The notes under the pieces were generated by a model. The model made no database searches, had not been told where the DNA came from, and saw only the letters and a list, made by a program, of their open reading frames with translations. Shown here one piece after another: positions 13,350 to 24,990 of a stretch of 64,000 nucleotides of DNA; the first letter of the stretch is position 1; every line of letters starts with the position of its first letter. The position numbers and the translations under genes are program-made. The DNA is from Camelus dromedarius (lineage: Eukaryota), in contig NC_087436.1 of NCBI RefSeq assembly GCF_036321535.1, forward strand, positions 112,532,001-112,596,000, given 5' to 3'.

Positions 13350-13505
13350 TTGGACGTATTTGGTTGTCGCAATGTGGGAGGGGGGCGCTACTTCTGTCTG
13401 GTGGGTAGGTCAGGGATGCGTGAACATCCCACAGTGCACAGGACAGCCCCACATCAAAGGGTTATCCAGCCCCAAATGTCAGGAGGGCTGAGGTTAAAAA
13501 CAGCC
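13350..13505 (+). mobile_element. MER20 (hAT-Charlie) relic
   Basis: tttggttgtcgcaa...gctact...tggtgggtaggtcagggatgc...aacatcccacagtgcacaggacagcccc...ccccaaatgtca...gctgaggttaaaaa. Confidence 0.85.
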
Positions 13506-14177
13506 TTCATCTAGAACAGTATTCTGACTTCATTTGTAATTTTCCTGCCCTCCGTAATGTAAACTGTCTGGGGATCTCTCTCAGACTTCACCCGGATTAT
13601 TGAAAGAGGTCAGGCAGTCCTGCACTTAACCCCGCCTCCAAGTACAGCCCCTGCACTTACATGCCAGCCAGTCCACCAGGCCAGTCCTTCCTCTCTGCTC
13701 CCTGGTCTTTCAAGGGCGAGGTAATTCTACCTAAATTATGAGGATGGAGGGGAGAACCGAATTTTGTAAACATTGGAACCTGCTTCCCCGCCATTTTCCT
13801 TGATCTTTAAAAACGTTGAGCCTGTTAATTAAAACACAACAAATCATTCTGTGCCTGCAGCAGTCAAAGGGCATCTACTGTAAGCTAGCTTTTAAAATAT
13901 TTCCCTTTGTCCCTAGCAGTTCCTTGGAGACTTGAGTCAAAGGTTGCTCTAAATGGGATTGCTGTTGGAAAGAGCTGGAAGAAAAGTTGACAGGAACCTT
14001 TGATGTGAGGCTTGCAGCATCTCTCTCCCAACAGAGGGGCTGTTATTATAATATTAGGGTCTATGCATAGGTTTAGAGGTAACTATGCATTTTACATTTC
14101 CAGGATTCATTCACATTTTAATTAAAAATTAATTAATGTTTAAAATTGCTATCTGCTTTTTCAAAAAACTAAAAAAC

Positions 14178-14474
14178 ATGACTCCCAGGCAAATGTATAG
14201 GGAAAATATGTGAAAGATTTTACTCAACTCATTGATTAATGAGGAAACCAGTAAGATGTTATGACTGCTTCAAAGGATACTTTGAAGAATAGACATTTAT
14301 ATAGGTAATTGGGAATGCTGAAATGAATATCTGCTGATAGTTGCAAAATTTGTCAGTATCCTATAGGGCAGTGAAGTATTATGTTTCAACAGGGTGGAAA
14401 GGAAATGATCTTTACCAGAGAACAACCATTTGCATTGTTATCAGTGTTCCACAATTTTAACTTCTACCCTTACA
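14178..14474 (-). mobile_element. Old ERV1-class solo LTR (LTR37-like; family uncertain)
   Basis: tgactcccaggcaaatgt...ctcaactcattgattaatgaggaaaccagtaagatg...ttttaacttctacccttaCA. Confidence 0.5.
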
Positions 14475-15680
14475 GAGTTGTGATGTATCCAAGTCAATAG
14501 AAATACAATCAAACATACACCTCTATAGAATCCAATAATTCCCAGAAGGGCCTTTTGATCATGACCCTCATTCCACTGGAAGGATGCCCTGTCGTCTCCT
14601 TTGCCCATTTCCAAGTCTTGGACAATTTCTTCTGCAGAGCAAAGGTCAGAATATGTCTAGCTCCTTCAGCCTTTCTGGCTTGGAGCCATACACATCCTTG
14701 GGTCATATTATGTAAATATTTGTAGGATGAACATTTAACTTGTGGACCCAACAGCCCTACACCCCGAATGTATGAAATTGAAACTAAAAATCGGGGGTAG
14801 GGGTGAGAGAGCGTTTGACAGAGAAATAGAAAGAGCAGAAATAATAGCTGCCATTCATTGCCTCCTGTGTGCCAGGTGGGTTGCATATACCACCTCATTT
14901 AATTTTTGCAAAACCTGTATTTTGCAGGTGAGGAAACTGAAGCTCAGAGAGGTCAAGTACTTATCGAAGGGTATACAGCGAACATGCTTATTGATTTGCT
15001 GGCTTTTGTGTCTCATGGTCTCCTTTATGAGGGGGTAAGCTCTGGAAGGCCAAGGGTGTCCTTTGGTTTATTCTCTGCCTTTTATCTTTGCTCAGCCTGG
15101 CTCGCAGAAGGTACTCAATCAACATTTGTTGAATGCATGTACAAGTGAATGAATGAATGCATGAGAGAATGAATGAATGAGTCAGTGAAGGGAATAAAAG
15201 AGCTAGGGCTTGTTACCAGGTTTGTTCAGCCTCCACCTCCCATGCTTTTCCCACCATACCACAAAATATGGCTCCTCCTTCACTCTCTAGTATAAATAAT
15301 TTTGGGGACTATAATTTAACACCTTCATTGCTCTGGCAAAAATGAATAGTGTTTTAATTAGCAGGAAGTTTAGTGGGTTTAAAATAAATATCTGATTATA
15401 GCTTAGGTAGTAGACAAAGTATGATGCAAAAAATTATGCAGAGAATCATTTTTTAGAAAGTCTCACAATGAGGGAAATATGCAAGGGGTAAATAAGAGGA
15501 AGGACAGTGTTTCATAAAATAGTTTTTTCATAAGTTTCATTGGAAAAGGTAACTGGAAGACAAATTCAGCACATGAAATATAAAATTCCCTCAAATCTGC
15601 CCCATTAAAGTGTAACAGACTTTTCATAAGGATGTTCTGGGTCAGAGTAACTGGAATCTCTAGCTCCTGACATATAGTAG

Positions 15681-16029
15681 TGTTACTGAACTCAGGTTCG
15701 ACTGCTTATTGCTCAAGAATTCAATACTAAGAAACAAGTGTTGGGTAAAAGGAAGGATAGTTTCGTTAAGGAAGCTGGCAATCCTGGGAAGAAGGTGCAC
15801 TCACGTCCCAAAGAACCAACTCCCAACTCTCCAGGTTTTGCTCAGAGATCATATGAGGAAAAGAGGAAGGGCTATGTGCTGGGGAGGGGATAATCTTCAA
15901 TTTTCAGAGATGGCTGTCTTGATTATGTGCTTCCAAGTAGCCATCAGGTCTTGCTTTCAGCTGGAACATTATCTGAGCCATATATTTTTGGCTAGCTGGG
16001 AGGGCCCTGCAGGATCCTGCTGGGTTTCA
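15681..16029 (-). mobile_element. ERV1-class solo LTR inserted in an L2 tail
   Basis: TGttactgaa...gggtttCA termini and 4-bp flanks gtag/gtcg. It splits the L2 motif cctgacatatagtag|gtgctgagtaa...tgaatgaatgaa. Confidence 0.85.
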
Positions 16030-17481
16030 GTCGGTGCTGAGTAATTTTTATGAATGAATGAATGAACGAATGATTAACTCATGCTTAAAGTGCTTTTAGA
16101 TGATGATGAAGATAAATGCAAATTAATAGTTCTTTAGAGAAAGGTAATAATATTAATTATTCCCAGAGGGGTAAAACACTGTGTGCATAGATGCAAGTTT
16201 TGTGTTGTGTAAATTAAAAGTTCCTGGGTGAATCTTTTATGGGATATGATAAAAACTGAAAACTATAGAATCAGAATTGTGGAATTTTCTTGCCTGCCTC
16301 CTTCTGCAAGCTCTCAATATCATCTAGCTGGAAAGAACCTTGCCTTCCTTAAGAAAATGAGAGAGTGTCCTAGCACTTTATAATTCTCTTACCTTCTATG
16401 GCTCTCATTTTTTCCATACAGTTCCTGAAGGCAAGTTATGAAGCCCCACTTGAGTTAGTGCATGTTAAAAATGACGTCATAGGGAAAGGCACAGGTGAAA
16501 GCCAGCCCCAGAGATGAGGCATTTATTCAAAACAGTTACCAAAAGACAGACTCAGCACATAAAATATAAAAGTACCGCACACCTGCCCCATTAAACTGTG
16601 ACTGAGTTTTCCAACTTCTCCCCACGTTTCTTATTTGGAATTGAAGCTCTGAGGCACTGTCCTTGGCCTGCGCTTTCTGTCTCTCTCCTCCCCTTGGCCC
16701 AAACTGTACTGATGTTTTCTTCCTCTGCCTTTGAGTTAGTATGCAGTGGGCTTGATGGAGGAGTTGCAACTCATGGCTGAAGGTTCTCAAAGCACAAGAA
16801 GACTGTATTCTTGGCTTTTGGTTATTAAACACCAGCAATGCTATTTTCGGTACGTAAGCCCAGAGCAAGAGGGAAAAAGCTAGATTAACAGGAAATCAAG
16901 AGGTAAATCATTTAGAGGAGAACCCTGGCTTGCCTGAAGCCGTTCCCTTCAAAGCTAGTGGAATTTCTGTTTACAACAATTTCTCTTTCTCTGTTTCTTT
17001 GTCTCTGTCTATCTCTGTCTCTGTTTCTGTTTCCGTGTCTCGCTGGCTGTCTCTTACACAAGTTTCAGTCTTAAGAAGACAAGGCAGTGGATGTTGAGAT
17101 GACACAAACCTGTTTTTCTAAAGGGTCACATGCTGCCATGTTTGTTGGCCAAACAAACACATAATTTTTTTTGAACATAGTTATTCACAGAAATTGTCAG
17201 GTTAACCAGAATAACATACTCGCTAACTTATTTTGTTTTAGCCTTAGTGACTCAGAAAAATATCCAAAGTTCTTCATAAAGAGTATCTTGTCAAAGATTG
17301 AGGATTGTTGAATGACCAAGCATTGTGTACTCCAACAATAATTAATCTCAATCAACACTTCATTCTTTTTTTTAACACTTAACTTCTAATGTCACATAAC
17401 CCTGATAATTTTTGTTGAAACTTTAAGTTTCTTATTGCAGCCCTGTTGTAATTTTTCCTTTATTATAGCTCACTATTTAAC

Positions 17482-17580
17482 CCAGCACTATCCAGTAGAC
17501 CTGTCTGTGATGATGGAAATGTCCTGTATCTGCACTGTCCAAAATGGTAGCCTCTAGCCCACTGTGGTCATTGAGCAGGG
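17482..17580. mobile_element. MER3 (hAT-Charlie) fragment
   Basis: cagcactatccagtagac...tgtgatgatggaaatgtcctgtatctgcactgtccaaaatggtagcctctagcc. Confidence 0.8.
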
Positions 17581-17849
17581 CTCTTGACCAAAGAGAATGT
17601 GAAGTCTGGGGGGTTACATGACTGACCAGGGACCCACTGGCAGCTTGTGACTGAACCTGAAGGAATCTTCTGGCTGTTTCCAGGCTGCCACACTGCCTCA
17701 TGCTTAGATTTCACTAGGGCAAGAAAAGTGAGGAGCGATGTTTAGAAAAGGAGACCTAATTTTTGCACCTAATGACTGAGTATGTATATGGGAATAACAT
17801 CACCCTCTCTGGCCTTGCATATGACAGATGACGTAGAAATTTAGTTGCA

Positions 17850-18672
17850 CGAAGTCAAAACCACAATGATGTATCGCTTCAGAATGGCCATCATCAAAAA
17901 GTCTACAAATAATAAATGCTCAAGAGGGTGTGGAGAAAAGGGAACCCTCATACACTGTTGGTGGGAATAAAAACTGGTGCAGCCACTATGGAAAATAGCA
18001 TGGAGGCTCCTTAAGAGAACTAAAGACAGAGCTACCATATCCTGGGTATCCATCTACTCCTCGATATATATCTGGCCAAAATGAAAACTCTAATTTGAAG
18101 AGATACATGCACCCTAATGTTCATAGCAGCACTATTTACAATAGCCAAGACATGGAAACAACCCAAGTGCCCATCAACAAATGATTGGCTTAAGAAGATG
18201 TGCTATATAAGGGACTATTAACCCTAAAAAAGAATGAAATACTGCCACTTGCAACAACACAGATGAATCTGGAGTGTATTATGCTCGGTGAAATAAGTCA
18301 GACAAAGACAAATACTATATGATAGCACTTGTATATGGTATCTAAAAAATAATTCAAATGAATCTATGTACAAAACAGATGCACAGACATACAGGTTACC
18401 GAAGGTGGTGGGGGTGGGAGGGGTAGGGATGGGTAGGGGTGGGGAGGGACAAATTAGGAGTATAGGATTAGCAGGTACAAACTGCTATACTTAAAATAGA
18501 TAAACAACAAGGATTTACTATATAGCACAGGGAATTATAGTCAATATCTTGTAACAACCTATAATGGAATATAATCTGCAAAAAGAATCCAAAACTCAAA
18601 TCACTATGCTGTACACCTGAACCTAATGCAATATTGTAAATCAACTATACTTCAATAAAAAAGAAAAAGAAA
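17850..18672 (+). mobile_element. 5'-truncated L1 (ORF2 C-terminus plus 3' UTR)
   Basis: agaatggccatcatcaaaaagtctacaaataataaatgc...ggagaaaagggaaccc, G-rich tract ~18405-18450, AATAAA at 18654 and A-tail. TSD agaaatttagttg (17835-17847) versus agaaattcagttg (18673-18685). Confidence 0.93.
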
Positions 18673-18969
18673 AGAAATTCAGTTGTGCCAAATAACAGAA
18701 CTATAGCATTAGAACTCCAGGTTAAATTGAACAGAACAGATCATTAGGTCCTGTCACTGTCTGCCTTAGGCTGTTCAGAACAGATCTTAATATTGTGTTC
18801 TATGTTTACTATTTATTCATTTAATTATTAAACACCTAGGACGATCCAGTTAGAGTGGGGTTGGGGGATCTGAGATAAAAGCAGTTGCAGGAAGACAGAT
18901 GGCTGACCTTTTCAATCCACACTACATCATCTGTCGGGGTTTTATATTATCTTTCTGTGCACTGGTGTG

Positions 18970-19190
18970 TTAGAACAATCATGGGCTTTGGAGACCAGAT
19001 CTGAGTTCAAATTCAGTACTTCTCTTACTAGGTTTGTGACCTTGGGCAAATTATTGAAACTCTTTTAGCCTTATTTTTAAGATGGGGATATGCTGTTCTT
19101 ATTGCTAAGATTACATGAAATAATGCACATAAAACGCTTGGCATAGTATCGCATTTGAAGTGAAAATTCATTAAGTTTTAGCTCTCACCA
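18970..19190 (+). mobile_element. MIR SINE
   Basis: gggctttggagaccagatctgagttcaaatt...tgtgaccttgggcaaattatt...gatggggata. Confidence 0.8.
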
Positions 19191-20399
19191 CTACTACAGT
19201 TATAATTATTATTACTGTTTTTATTATTAGGGATAAGAATGAGCCCTGTGAGGCTTAATTATCTTTCTTTTCTTTTCTTTTCTTTTTTTTCTTTTCTTTT
19301 TTTTTTTTTTTTGCAGACAAGGAAACTGAGGTTTAGCTAGGTTAAGCACTGATGAAAAAAGACAGGGCTGAAATTTGAGGCAGGACACAGCTGGCTGCTC
19401 TCAGGAGGGAAGAACTCACCTCTGGGCCCCACCTAGAGAGGGTGGCCTTTGAGCAGAAGTGCTGGGGCCTCTGGAGGTGTTCCATCAGGGGCCCCAACCA
19501 ACAGGGGCTTTCAGAGGAGGAAACATCAGGCCTGATTAGACATCTCGCCTAACCTGGCTATGTCTGTACTGCAGTTTTCATAAGTTTCCAGAACTAGCAT
19601 TTGCCCTGGAAATACGCGCATTCAAGATCAATTTAAACTTTTAACTATAAATCAGACAAATCACACTCTTTCCAACACCTGTTTTGTGCTAGGTTCTGGG
19701 GTAAGTGAGAGAGCTACTGAATTAACGTTACTGTCCATCTTTCAATCGTTGGTCTGTTCGTCCTTCCCATTTATCCATATCACAAGCCTTGAACACCTAC
19801 TGTGTGCTAGACGCCGTCCTGAAGGTGCTTGTCTTCTGTAGGTCGTCTTTTTTCCTATCAGACTATACTCTCCACTCAAGATAGGAAGTAGGGAGGGAAG
19901 AGTGAGATGAACGTCGGTGTGTGTAGTTGGAGTGGTTGCTTCTGGCAGAAGATTTCCATCACTTAGCCTGCGGAAATGGCAGGCAACTCATAGGCGAGAG
20001 ACCGATATGCAAAGAGTCACTAACGCTCAATGTTTGCAGCTATAGCGGATGCCTGTGTGCACATAAGGGGTTAAGGACTGCTTTTTGCCGGTTTTATAGC
20101 TCCAGCCGCTGGCATTGCGGTTAGTACACGTCAAGGAACCAAATGATTTGAGTTTTCTTTTATTTGGGTGCATTAAAAAAAAGTCTTGAAATTTGGTAAT
20201 AGAAGCATCTAAAGCGTCACGGGTTGTTACCGAGGCAGGTCTGAGTTGGAAAGAGTGAGAGAAGTTTGTGGAAGAGCAGCGGCGTTCCGAGTAGCCCTCT
20301 CTGCTTGCGTAAAGGAGGCGTGGGTGTTGGGAGAAGAACGTGCTCGGGTGAGGGGACTCTCGGCGTCAGGAAATGAATGCAGCGAGGTCCCTGTGGGTA

Positions 20400-20534
20400 C
20401 CCTGGGGCATCGTGGCGAAGCTGCTCAGCTGGTCCAACCGGGAGGGCGGGCAGAACCCCGGGCTTAGCGCTCTTTAAAGTCCCCAGCCAGTCCCCACCGG
20501 GCACCTGGCCGCGCGCTCGGCTCTCCCGCCGCGG
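20400..20534 (+). other. PROM1: Non-coding first exon, 1A-like (5' end uncertain)
   Basis: Ends gcacctggccgcgcgctcggctctcccgccgcgg|GTGAGT, a strong donor at 20535. Resembles my recollection of the end of human exon 1A (cacctggcc...ctctcccgccgcg). The TSS cannot be determined from sequence. Confidence 0.7.
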
Positions 20535-20759
20535 GTGAGTACGTTTACGGAAGCGGTGCATTCCGCCGGCCGCAACCGTCCGGGAGCGGGGGAGGCCGCA
20601 ACAGGTCGCCGCCGTCACCCTGCTCCTGGCCGGCGGGCCTCCAGGACAGGCGCCTTTCCGGGCCCGCCCCGTCCGGGGGTCTGGCTGGCTCGCGGGGCAG
20701 CCAGGCGGCCTCTCCGGAAGCCGTCCCGGTGGTCCCCGAGGCCGACTCATAAATCATTC

Positions 20760-20849
20760 ATGAGCCGGGGCCGGGCGAGGGGGGCTATGAGCAAAGGGGG
20801 CGGCGGCTGCGGCGGCGAGGGCAGAAGAGGGAGCTGGACCCGGCGCGCG
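20760..20849 (+). other. PROM1: Alternative first exon, 1B-like (5' end uncertain)
   Basis: Second strong donor in the island, gagctggacccggcgcgcg|GTGAGT at 20850, 315 nt downstream of the first. Preceded by an AT-rich CATAAAT element at 20748. Confidence 0.6.
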
Positions 20850-22869
20850 GTGAGTAGCTGCATCTTCATCCCGGGGCTCGGGAGGTATCTGCGGACTCGA
20901 CCGCGAGGCTGAGCGCTCCCCTTTCCAGAAAGCTGGGGCGGGGAATGGGGAATGGAAGGGCTCGCTCTGCGCCCGTCTCCGCCCAGCCCTCGGCGTCCCC
21001 TCCCCGGCCCCGTGGCAGGTGGTGCGAGCTCCAAGAGCGGCGGGGGAGCCAGCGGGGATTCCGGGCGGGGGGCAGACGCGCGCAAACTTTGCGGGCTGCG
21101 TGGTGGGTGTTCTTTCCATGCGCTGCGGGGGGAGCCGGCGGCAGTGGCTCGCCAGGTTCCGGGGCGCGAGCTGGCGGTGGGAGAGCGAGCGCGACCCAGA
21201 CCCCGAGGTTGCCAGCTGGGTCTCTGAGAGGGCGAAGGACGAGAGGAGGAGGCTCGCCCGGGACTTGAGAACTGTTCTGCTGAAGAGTGACCCGGGGTTG
21301 CGGGGCACTGACCCTCCCGGGCTGGGTATGGGAAGGGGTCACCTTCCTCTGGTTTTCTAAATGGAGTACGCTGGGCAACTGTCCATCACAGGACGGGGGC
21401 TCTGGGGGGTGCAGTGGGAGGCCTTATGGCCGCGCCCATGAGGGAGCACTCGCTCCCCTGAATTGAAGCATCCCTCTGCCCACTTTGGGTGCACAGCGCG
21501 GGGACGTTCGGCGATTGCTGGAGGGAGAACTGAGAGATCGCGGCGCACCCCGCCTGTACTGCGCGGGCCAGGACAACAAAGGGAAACGTGGACGGAGGGA
21601 GAGCTTCGCGGTGCGGGAGAGTCGGCAGCCTGGAGTCAGTTTTCCCGAAAGTCCGCGCGGGGGCTGGGGATCCGATCCACGGGGGCTTGAGGCACACCAA
21701 TCAGGACCCTCACCACCCCTCCACTGGCGACCCCCGATCCATACCAACCTGCATGCGGCCGGGAACCCGCGCTGGCGCGCCGGGCGCAGCCAAGTTACTC
21801 CGGCAACCCCCTCCCCCAGGCGGCGGCGGATTCCTCGAGTCTCCTCGCTTCCCGCGCCCACCCTGCGGCTTATCCTTTGTCCCGCAGCCCGAGAGAGGCT
21901 CCTACCCGGGAGGGAGCGAGCCCCGGAGGGGCCCCGGCCTGTCTTTGGATTGGAGGGAAAGACCGAGGAAGCCATTACCGCTAGCTTTCTGCAGCAACAG
22001 GTTGCGCCTGTAGCCCACGGAGGCTGCTGACCTTTCTCCTGCCCCGGCTTGAGAAAGGTTTTCCCGGGTTCCGGTGGGCGGCGGCTGACCTTTGTTAAGA
22101 TCAGCAGGTGTATGATTAAGGGCCTTGAACACCCCTTCTCCCAACCGCAACATAAACCCACTGGAGACTCAGACAGCTGCTGGTGATGGTTGGTTGAACT
22201 ACATGAAATTGCCGCTTTCTGTGGGTCGAAGACTTGACTATCAAGGCAACTTAGTGTGTGAAGTTTCTACCTCTTTCCTCACTCATTTGTGAGTTTCCGC
22301 CTTTAGTACCCTCAGAGCTGCCCTGCCTGCCAGGGTGAGCCTGGGATCCACGGTGGAGTTTAGACTATTTCTCTGTGCAGTGGCCGTACACACCCTCCAC
22401 CACACCTGCCAGGTGTTTGTGCGGCAGGGCCTGTACCTGTTCCAGCTGCAGCCCTCGCACACAATTCCAAACCCCATTTTACAGATGAGCAGAGGACAGC
22501 TTGGAGATTGTAAGCGACTACTGTCACAGAGCTCATCAGTGGGACTGGAGATGTCCCCGTCTCAAAAGCGAGGGCTCTTGTCCTTGCAGCAGAGCCCTTC
22601 AGTTTAGTTTTGTTTTCTTAATGGGTCCCCTAATCTTTTTTTAAATGAACTTCCTTAAGAGTTGCATGCTGGGCTATTTCTGTGTGTCTAGATAAGGACC
22701 CAGTTTTACTTTGTTTTCCCCCTAAATGGCAAGTCAGTGAAGCAAAGTGCATCAGAGGACAAGTGGGAAATAATAAAACTTTAAATCAAATATTGTTTTG
22801 TTGGTACTGTTTAAAATATGAACAATTGGGTTTTGCAGGGGCCGAGAACTTGCTTTGAGATTTGTTAAA

Positions 22870-23200
22870 GGTCAGGTTGCTTTGTTACAGGCGACAGAAA
22901 CCAACTCTGGATAACTTAAGCAGAAAAAGGGACTGGATACTGGGTGGCTTAGAGAAATGACAGGAGGGCTGGCTAGCCAGGCCGAGGAGCCTGGAGGAGT
23001 GGGACACAGGACATGCAGCAGGTCCCCTGATTGGTGTATAGCCATGGCTGCCCCCAGAGACTGGCTGTGGCTGCTGGCAGGCCGCCATCATTGTTTGGAT
23101 GAGGTAGACACCACCTCTGCCTCAGTGTGTATCTCCTGCACAAGCCCAGGAGTAAGCATCTGACTGGCCAAGCTTGGGCTCAGTTTGGGCACCTCAGCGG
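22870..23200 (-). mobile_element. Old MaLR LTR (MLT1L/N-like)
   Basis: gttacaggcgacagaaaccaactctggataacttaagcagaaaaaggg...gcatctgactggccaagcttggg. Confidence 0.6.
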
Positions 23201-23429
23201 GCCTCACAATGAGAGGCAAGACGGCCACCCACAGGACTCACAAAGGTTGGCTCAGAAGTTGGGCAGCTCCCATCGTGCCCCACCCCCTCAGTAAACCCAA
23301 GATAACAAACATCTACAGATCCTTTAAAAAAGTCCTTCAAAATTTCCGTCAAAAAAAGGAGAGCAGAAATGAAGCTGGATGGTCATTGTATTTGTTTTTA
23401 AACCAGTGTTTGTGGATGTGCCCATCCCT

Positions 23430-23560
23430 GGACTCCAGGCTCAGAATCATGTGAGGTATTTGCTTAAAATTCATGTTCTTGGGTCCCTTTCCCAATCTGA
23501 ATTCAGTGCATTTGGAGTAGAAACCAGGAATCTGCACCCCGCAAACCAGAAAATGGTGAC
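23430..23560. mobile_element. MER5A-like DNA transposon relic
   Basis: cagaatcatgtgaggtatttgcttaaaattcatgttcttgggtccc...ccaggaatctgca. Confidence 0.6.
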
Positions 23561-24754
23561 TCGCCCTTATTGATTATAGTCCGGTGCCTGTGTGAGGAGA
23601 GAGGCCCTGAGGGAGCCGGTTCCAAAGCCTGTGAAGTTGAGGGTCCCAGCTGAAAGTATGGCGCCCAGAATGGTAGGCCGGTTGTTCCGCCGTGGGTGAC
23701 TCCAGCGAGGCGACAGTCTGCTGCTTGTGTTGGAGGAAACAGCTGTAAGCAGTCCAGCACCTCCCTTGCAGAGGCTGGAGGCTGCTTATCAACAGATGCT
23801 TGGTCAGTTCTGAAACAGGTAAACATGACCACTTTGTCAGTCTTCTCTCTACCTGCCGCCGTTTGATTTCAGCAGTCCTTACTGAGTGCCTACCGTGTGC
23901 TGGGCTCCCGGGGTGCAGAGAGGATGAGTAAGTCAGGGACCCCCCACGCAGACGTTGGGCCCAATCAGTTCAATGTAAGAAGGGGATTTGGGGAGCTTTT
24001 GTCTTGTGCCTGTTGTTCTGCAGTTGTGTTTGGGAAGATTGAGGTGTCTGGAAAATAGCACGGATTAGCCAGGGGGTCCGTGGGAACAGTGCTGGTTCTC
24101 AAATCTTACTTGTTTTACTAATTACTCACAGGGGCAGTGGGTTAAAGATGCAGATTAATGAGCCACATCTTGAGAGATTAGTTCCGATCGATCATCTGCA
24201 CTTGAAATAAACACCCCGTTTGATGCTGATGCAGCTGATGAGTCGGGAGAGCTTTCCTGGATTTTCTGCCGGCAGCTCCCTGAGCTGCTCTCAGTGGCGC
24301 TGGCTCCCTGTGGTGGTTTCATAGGGAAGTAGCCAGACCTTCTTTTTTGGGCACAGCTGATTAAAACTGAGATGTATAACTTCCTTTCCGACTTGGTGTG
24401 TATCAATTGTCTAATGTTTCATAAGTAGTGAGATTTTATTATGCTCTTAAACTTAAAGAGTTCCAGAGCAAGATGTAAAGAAACCTGCACATGCCGCTCA
24501 GGTGCCAACTCCCCTGACACCCTGTCTTCCCATTTCATTTGGGATTTCCTTTCCCCTGCTTCTTCTCTGAGGGAGTCGGAAGGTCTCTTTAGTCACAGAT
24601 CTCCCGTGGGCCTTCCGCCGTCTCCCTCCCGCTGTTTCTCTGTGTCCCTGGCTGAGGCTTGGTGGCATTACCAGGAAGTCAGCCTTTCTTAGCAGCTGAG
24701 CCCTTAATCCTTCCACCGGCTCCTGCCTGTCCTTTAACAGACAACAAGATAAGA

Positions 24755-24990
24755 TGTGAGCGTGGTGTGTGTGTTTATGTATGATGTGTGTATTATGTGT
24801 GATGCTTGTGAGTGTGTGTGTGTGCATGTGGGTGTTAGTATGTGGCATGTATGTGTGTGGAGTGTGCTGGCTGTGGACCATATGTACCTGGTATATTTAG
24901 TGTGTTGCGTGTATGTGTGTTGTGTGTATGTGGGTTGTGTGTTAGTGTGAGTGCATGTATGGTGTGTGTGATGTGTGCGCGCACACACCC
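24755..24990. repeat. Degenerate (TG)n low-complexity tract ending in gcgcgcacacac
   Basis: About 230 nt of imperfect TG/TATG repeats, directly visible. Confidence 0.95.

Larger units (their letters stand above)
20200..22100. promoter_or_regulatory. PROM1: CpG island containing the PROM1 alternative promoters (P1/P2/P3-like region)
   Basis: Abrupt rise in GC and CpG density. GC boxes (~20440, ~20662, ~20935), ETS GGAA cores (~20367, ~20547, ~20714) and CCAAT (~21697). Lies ~5-6.5 kb upstream of the first coding exon, consistent with the multi-promoter CpG island of human PROM1. Confidence 0.9.

Noticed and set aside
13570..13726. Possible distal first exon ending gag|gtaatt (~13721)
   Set aside because: A donor-like hexamer and one GC box alone are not enough evidence.
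21300..21332. Third first-exon donor (tgg|gtatgg at 21326), possibly exon 1C-like
   Set aside because: Weaker donor that I cannot match to a known exon, so it is not reported as a feature.
20217..22161. Many long overlapping ORFs (up to 245 aa) on both strands
   Set aside because: Expected in a GC-rich CpG island with few stop codons. They are Arg/Gly/Pro/Ala-biased, mostly have non-ATG starts and show no recognisable domain.
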